Below are positions 23,072 to 28,650 of a DNA stretch of 28,650 bases, in pieces. This DNA comes from Lama guanicoe. Taxonomy: Eukaryota. Position 1 is the stretch's first letter. The number at the start of each line of letters is the position of its first letter. The notes under the pieces are model-generated. The model did not search any database and had not been told where the DNA came from. It saw nothing but the letters and a program-made list of their open reading frames with translations. The stretch spans positions 5,159,775 to 5,188,424 of the forward strand of contig MU053482.1 of NCBI GenBank assembly GCA_013239625.1, in the 5' to 3' direction. The position numbers and the translations under genes were made by a program.

Positions 23072-23440
23072 CGTTCATTTATTAGTCTAGTTTTCTCAGG
23101 CATGGGAAATACAGCTTTTAACAAGGTCAATACAATTTTTGCCCTCATGGAGCTTAAGACATAGTAGGGGACAGGGACATGGAGCATAATCACATAAATA
23201 TATAATTTCACACTGAAATTGAAGAGCAAGGAAAAAATGTTATGAGAAGTTATTATAATATGCAGTGTTAGGGGAGCTATCTATTCATAAGAGACATTTA
23301 AGCTAAGATCTAAATAATGAGTAGAAGTTAACCAGCCACAGATTATAAGGGAAAGCATTTCACGGTAAGGGATCAGCCTTCGCTGAAGTGGGAGAGAGCT
23401 TAGTGTGTTCAAAGTCCTGAAATATAGGAGCTACATAGTG
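23072..23440 (-). mobile_element. L2 LINE fragment
   Basis: 'tgccctcatggagctta..atagtagggga', 'gacatttaagctaagatctaaataatgagtagaagttaaccag'. Confidence 0.8.
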
Positions 23441-23469
23441 TAATAAGCTTGAAAGAAAAACTCTGTTTG

Positions 23470-24300
23470 TTATTAACTATATTTCTTATTTCCCCCTCAC
23501 TCACTCCCTACCCTGTCTCTCCAGCTCTTTCTAAGAGGAAAGAGCCCTTTGTGATGTTTGACAGTTTGGAGGTAGAAATTGGAACCAGGTTGGGATCAAG
23601 CTAAATGGCTCAGCATATTAACAGAATGAGAAGTGTAATAGTGACCCAGAGGGAGAGGCTGAGAGCCAGGGAGGCAGCGTGCTATCCTGGGGAAGGGAGT
23701 TTCAGCCCTGAGGAAAGATTTGCACAAGATCAGAGGCTAGAAGGAGGGGAAGAGCCCAAGGTGCTGACTTCCTATCTCTCTGCCTCCAGCTGGGTCTTCG
23801 GCAGCAGCTGTGTCTCTGCTATAACTTCAGATTCTGTCAGACAACCCAGCTCCATCAGGGTCCCAGCTCCCATCAGGAAGGTGTGGCCATGTTGCTAGCT
23901 ACCACCAAGGCACCGAGTTCTAGACTTCGGTAACAATGTCTCCTCTGGGTATTCCATCAACTTTAAGGAAAATTGTGGCTCCCTGCTATTGCTCATCTCT
24001 GGTTGCCTCAACTTCCCCCATTTCCTCGCTATTCAAAAAGTGGCTCATGAACCAGCAGCATTGGCTTTACTTGGGAACTTCTTAAAAATGTACAATCTCA
24101 GGTTCCACCCCAAAACTACTGAATTTGAACCTGCATTTTAAAGACCCCAGATGATTTGAATACACATTAAAGCTTGAGAGTAACGCCCTATTTGTGTCTT
24201 CAAAAAGACCACCCCCTAAGTAACAAATAGTCTATATTTAAATTCCGCCTGTTTGAAATGCCTAGATGGTTTGTAGCCTAACAGAACCCTAACTGACACA
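23470..24300 (+). mobile_element. ERVL LTR (LTR41/LTR52-like), split by MER5A
   Basis: 'tggctccctgctattgctcatctctggttgcctca', 'aaatagtc', terminus 'gaaccctaactgacaca'; left boundary uncertain. Confidence 0.6.
24024..24185. mobile_element. MER5A-like hAT-Charlie MITE
   Basis: 'accagcagcattggc...aatctcaggttccacccc...tactgaat..gaacctgcatttta...cacattaaagcttgagag'. Confidence 0.85.
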
Positions 24301-24394
24301 GTTTTTAATGTTCACATGTTCACTTGTTTTCAATGCTTACCACCTATCCCTTTATAAAATACAATTTAACATTCCTGAATTATTTTAGATTCAT

Positions 24395-24585
24395 CTGTTT
24401 GTTTTTTTCTCTTACTGGATTTTGTGAGAATCCTCCTATATTTTGAAGTGAGAGACACTCTGCCAGAGTTCAGTAGGTGTTCTGTGCAATTCAATGGGTT
24501 TGTAGATGTAATTCTTGGTGTATTTGTGGAAGAGGGCGAGCTGTGAGTCTCTCTACTCCACCATCTTGGCCCCGGTCTGTCTCTC
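24395..24585 (-). mobile_element. Isolated L1 5' terminus (about 190 bp)
   Basis: Minus strand begins ggggccAAGATGGtggagtagagagactc...cacagaacacctactgaactctggcaga (YY1-type L1 start) and ends in an A-rich tract. Confidence 0.8.
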
Positions 24586-24599
24586 TTAGTTTCTTTAAC

Positions 24600-26250
24600 C
24601 AATACTTATTTTACATTTTTTCCCTTCAAAACTATGCAGACGTTGCTCTATTTTTTTGTTATTCTATGTTGCTTTATTATTTTTTTGTTATTCAAAGAGA
24701 AGTCTGGTTTTTGTTCTTTTGTAGATAAACTGGGTTGTTTTGTTTTTGTTTTGGGCATGGATTCTTCTAAAAATTTTTTGTTGTTGCTTTCCTTAAAATT
24801 CAAAAGAAGTCTTTAGGAATGTATATTAATGTCACCTGGAACACACCAAATCATTTTGATCTCCAAACACTGGCCTTTTCTTCCACTGAAAAATAGTCTC
24901 TTTTATTAAAACTTAGATTTTTATTTTTGTTTTATTTCTTCTAATCCTTTCTTCAGGAACAATTCAATCTTATAAAATCACATCAACATAGATATTATCA
25001 TTAGTCTTGCTTGTGGAGTTGACTTGCAAGCTCCCTTTTGATAGCAAATCATTGCTGATAAAGCTCTCTTATCCTTCTTCAGAGGGACCATGACTTCTTG
25101 CATCTTACTGGAAGTAACAAGCAAATGTCTTCCAAAAACTTTCCTGAGTCCTCTAATAGGTAATTTTTACTTTTTAAAAACTATTTTCCCCAGTTTTATT
25201 GAGATATAATTAATATACGGCACTAAGTTTAAAGTATACAACATAATGATTTGACTTACCGACATCATGAAATGATTACCACAACAGGCATGGTGAACAT
25301 TCATCATCTGATATAGACACCACATTAAAGAAATAGAAAAATATGGTTTTTTTCCCTTTTGATGAAAACTCTTAGGATTGACTCTCTTAACTTCCATTTA
25401 TACTGTGCAGCTTGTTCACTATCTTTATCATGTTACATGCTAAGTAATTTCTAGAGTTGAGGTTTTCTTCTGAGCCTAGAGAATACTTTTCAATTTCTTT
25501 TATGCTACAGTGATTTTTACAGGGCTCTTGTTTTCACCTTTGGTTTACCTTTAAACGAGGCCCAGTCTCTGCCAACAGGCAGAGACCATGGGATCTCCGT
25601 GGTTTCTCCCTCTGTGCACTTCTTTAAGATCAACACTTAGCCTAGGGGTGGATGTACAAGGCCCCTAGTCCTGGGCTGGGCAGGTAATTGTCTCACTTGA
25701 CAAAGCAGGACTCAGGTGGACTCTCCTCTCCCTCTGACTTTTGGGTCAGATTCATTCATTAGTTCTTTTGTCAGAGCATAAGAAAACCACATCATTTTTC
25801 TGGCTCTGCCTCCATCACCCACCACATCTCTACCTACTGCATTGTTTCCAGAACTCTATCATTTCTACCAGAATGTTTTTCCTTGGATAGCTACTCATTT
25901 CAGGTTGCAAGATATCACATGGCCTGAGAATTCTAGCTTCTGTGTATGGAGTGGAATTTATGGAATTAAGAGGATGGGACCACTTCTACCAAGTTCAAAA
26001 GATAATCCCCAGATGCAGAAGGGATGTAGCTGAACAAGGGTTTGCTGATATTTGGGGTTACTTTAGACTCCTTCCCTAAAGGGGGTTCCATGCTTTTCTA
26101 AAGGAGACTGTAGCCGAGGATATGTGACTTTATCAAGAGTACAGCTGGGAGAGATTCCCCCTCAGACTTGGGCATATGGTCTTCTCTTTAGCTTCCAGCA
26201 TTTGTCTTTTTGCATATTTTCATGGATACTTTAACAGGAGGAAATCAGAC
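24600..26250 (-). mobile_element. Ancient L1/HAL1-like 5' region (ORF1/5' UTR), heavily decayed and interrupted
   Basis: T-rich antisense ORF1-like motifs 'cagacgttgctcta', 'gagaagtctg', 'ccttaaaattca...tttaggaatgtat'; extent uncertain. Confidence 0.45.
25167..25440 (-). mobile_element. 5'-truncated L1 3' UTR (laurasiatherian L1MA9-derived type)
   Basis: 'cccagttttattgagatataatt...aagtttaaagtatacaacataatgatttgac'; TSD taggtaattt (25157-25166) / taagtaattt (25441-25450). Confidence 0.88.
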
Positions 26251-26266
26251 AAAATATTGGGCTTGA

Positions 26267-26450
26267 ATGGGGGGAGGGTATAGCTCAGTGGTAGAGTGTG
26301 TGCTTAGCATGCACAAGCTCCTGGGTTCAATCCCCAGTACCTCCATTAAAATGAAGCAAATAAATAAACTTAATTACCTACCCCTCAAACGAAAACAAGC
26401 AAACATTAAAAACCAACCAAACAAACAATAAATAAAATGTTTTAAAATAA
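26267..26450 (+). mobile_element. tRNA-Ala(AGC)-derived SINE, camelid Vic-1 type
   Basis: A box TAGCTCAGTGG (26281-26291), AGC anticodon (26306-26308), B box GGTTCAATCCC (26324-26334), 'aataaataaacttaattacct' body, A-rich tail, 16-bp TSD (26251-26266 / 26451-26466, 14/16 identical). Confidence 0.9.
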
Positions 26451-26489
26451 AAGATATCGGGCTTGATAATCTGCCACCATAACAACAAC

Positions 26490-27222
26490 AATAAAGGCTA
26501 CCACCAACCATTTACTGTGTGCCAGGCACTGTGCTTAGAATTTTGTATATATTACCTCCTATTTCATCCTCACAACAGCACTTTGCTATGGGTGCTGGAA
26601 GCAACCTCCCTTCCTCTAGCTTCATGTTTCCATGTGGAAGGATCTCCATTAGAGTAAAATTCTTGGCCTCTTGCTCACCTCCTCAGCCTCCCTGGGGAGA
26701 GTCACTCATCCTATTGGTTGGGTGGGAAGAAGGAACTAGACACTTGGCTTAGCCACATCTAGGACCACTCTTCCATCTGCCTGCCCAAAGAAAGGATGCG
26801 TTTTGCTCTGCTGCTGAGTCTCACAGTGACCTGAGTGGAGCAGACATGCCCCAGGTAGAGACCAGCAATCTCCATTCCTGCCTGTGCCCAGGGAGTATGT
26901 TTGGCATTGGGGTGCAGGTTCAGAAAGCACGTGACTTCTAAACATCCAGGTTCTCAAATACAGCCTTAGTAGTAGTAAAGTGACATTTCGATATCCATCC
27001 ATCTAATTTCTGCTCTCTCAATTATTCAAACCTATGTGAGAAAGATGGGAAATTATTTACTGACCCCTTAAAATTGCAAAAGTAGATATTACCTGTTATC
27101 TCCCGTTTAAGTTGTGTAAACACAAGCCCTGGGCCAGTTTATCCAAGGTTCCGCAGCTCCTCAACGACAGAGCGTGGATTCTCGGTCCTGTCTCTAGTGC
27201 AAACACCTGACCATCATGCCAA
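26490..27222 (-). mobile_element. MIR split (about 26490-26586 and 27080-27222) by an unclassified insertion of about 490 bp, possibly an ancient LTR
   Basis: 'tactgtgtgccaggcactgtgct...tcatcctcacaacagc' resumes as 'aagtagatatta...ccaaggttccgcagct'. Confidence 0.55.
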
Positions 27223-27850
27223 GCTAATCCCTATAAATTCACTGCTCCCCACAGCTGAACTGTACAGAATCTCATCACACCATTAAGACTCAATGATGGC
27301 ACCATCAGAGGAAAACCCAGCCTGTCCTTCGAGAATCTTCTTTCCCAATTCTCCAGGACAGAGTTAGTGAGTCCATTCTCTGTGCTCTTTGTACAACCTT
27401 CTGTCAGAGAGTAAAGATTCATTCAGTTAGTGATTTATTCATTCATTTATCTCTCTAACCTAAGCATCAAGCACAGAGTAGCTGCCAGTTTGGTTTTTGT
27501 TAAATGATACTCCTAGAAACAGAAGAACTAATATCAAATTCTCCAAAGCAACTACCTTCAGCACAAAGTCTACACCGATTACAGGGTGGATTTAGTTGCA
27601 CTCTAGCAATACCTAAATTACAGGGCCTCCCTGTGCTCCATTTAGTGTAGGGGGCAGTTTTTTTTTGTTTTGTTTGTTTAAGTTCCTTCTACTCTTGCCT
27701 TTAGAAGTTGCTGTGCTGGGAGGCAGAAGTTGGCAGCATAGAGGATGTCCATTAGCACTGCTTTACTGCACCTGATCACACCCACCTTAATCTCACCCAA
27801 AGTTGCTACAATAACCCAAAATAACTGCAACATTTACAGAACATGAAAAG

Positions 27851-28100
27851 AATAACTACCACGTATCAAGCACCTATCATGTGCCAAACCTCGTGCCACA
27901 TGGTTTACACACAATAGTGCTAACCATCACAAGAAGCCTGCAGGGTGTTATTATCCCCATTTTACAACTAACAAAATTGAGGCTCAGAGAGATTTGCCCA
28001 CTGCCACACCAGTAAGTGGCAGGAACTAGACACCCTTGGCTTAGCCACATCCACATAAATGGAGGCAGTGCTGTCTGATTACAGAGCAGCATCTTTTTTC
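27851..28100 (-). mobile_element. MIR SINE carrying a ~30-bp foreign insert
   Basis: 'ttattatccccattttacaactaacaaaattgaggctcagagag...agtaagtggcag'. Confidence 0.85.
28021..28051 (+). repeat. Short direct copy of 26731-26759
   Basis: aggaactagacacccttggcttagccacatc versus aggaactagacacttggcttagccacatc; identical except for a 2-bp indel. Confidence 0.9.
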
Positions 28101-28650
28101 CTTTACTCAGTGCCCTCTGGAACATACAGCAGCTGTTGTGACGATTAGAAAAGATAATGGGTGGGAAAGTGCTTGGAGAACTCCACAGAGAACTAAGCAT
28201 GTAAGAGATTATGAAGACTTGTTGAGAGCTTTGGCAAGGGCACTGTGATAATAGCCCTGGGGAGGGGGAACAAATTGATCTGGCTGGAGTTTAGGGACAT
28301 TTCCTATTATGTAATTGCTCTGAATGCAGCATTTCTGAAGCAGTGGAGATGCAGACCCTTCTTTCTTTGTGAAACAGTCCTCATCTCCAGGAACAAAGAC
28401 GGGAGAGGTTAGATTGGTTTAAACCGGTTATTTTCTTCTGAGACAAATGAAAGGATGGGGAGAAGTGGCAGTGTTGTCCACTTGCTGTTGGGCTCTGGAC
28501 ATTGATTGGTTCCGGACCCTACTCTGAGTGAGAATAGTAACTTACAACACATGCTGAACGTTTTTCCATTTAAAATGCATTTCAAAAACACAGTAGGCCA
28601 CAGTGTTTATTCTCTGAAATATAGCACAACAGAACGTACAGATTGTTGCA

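Noticed and set aside
26269..26345. Functional tRNA-Ala(AGC) gene
   Set aside because: It continues into a SINE body and A-tail, is bounded by a TSD, and lacks an oligo-T terminator, so it is a SINE head.
1..28650. CRISPR arrays, operons, rRNA, NUMT or viral/foreign insert
   Set aside because: I saw no regularly spaced repeats, no long ORFs and no compositional block that mammalian repeats or regulatory DNA fail to explain.

Overview
This is repeat-dense mammalian genomic DNA, most likely camelid, judged from a tRNA-Ala(AGC)-derived SINE with the Vic-1 structure at 26267-26450. Most of the window is decayed transposable elements: nested L1s, MIRs, L2s, ERVL/MaLR LTRs, and MER82-, MER58-, MER104-, MER63- and MER5-like DNA transposons. 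No intact protein-coding gene can be recognised, and the ORFs that resemble proteins are L1 ORF1/ORF2 or Tigger transposase remnants. The main non-repeat signals are a CpG-enriched left edge (about 1-600) and a unique island at about 20.8-21.9 kb. The island looks like a minus-strand promoter (DR1, CCAAT, TATA-like) followed by a CpG-rich first exon with a good splice donor and coding-like codon usage. Other points of interest are a near-perfect 558/585-bp tandem duplication differing by one 27-bp indel, a 30-bp templated insertion into a MIR, and several unusual retrocopies with target-site duplications (TSDs). Repeat family names come from my recall of consensus sequences, not a database search, and old-repeat boundaries are approximate. 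I see no strong evidence for a wholly new biological system; the 21.6-21.9 kb element is the best candidate for something unannotated.
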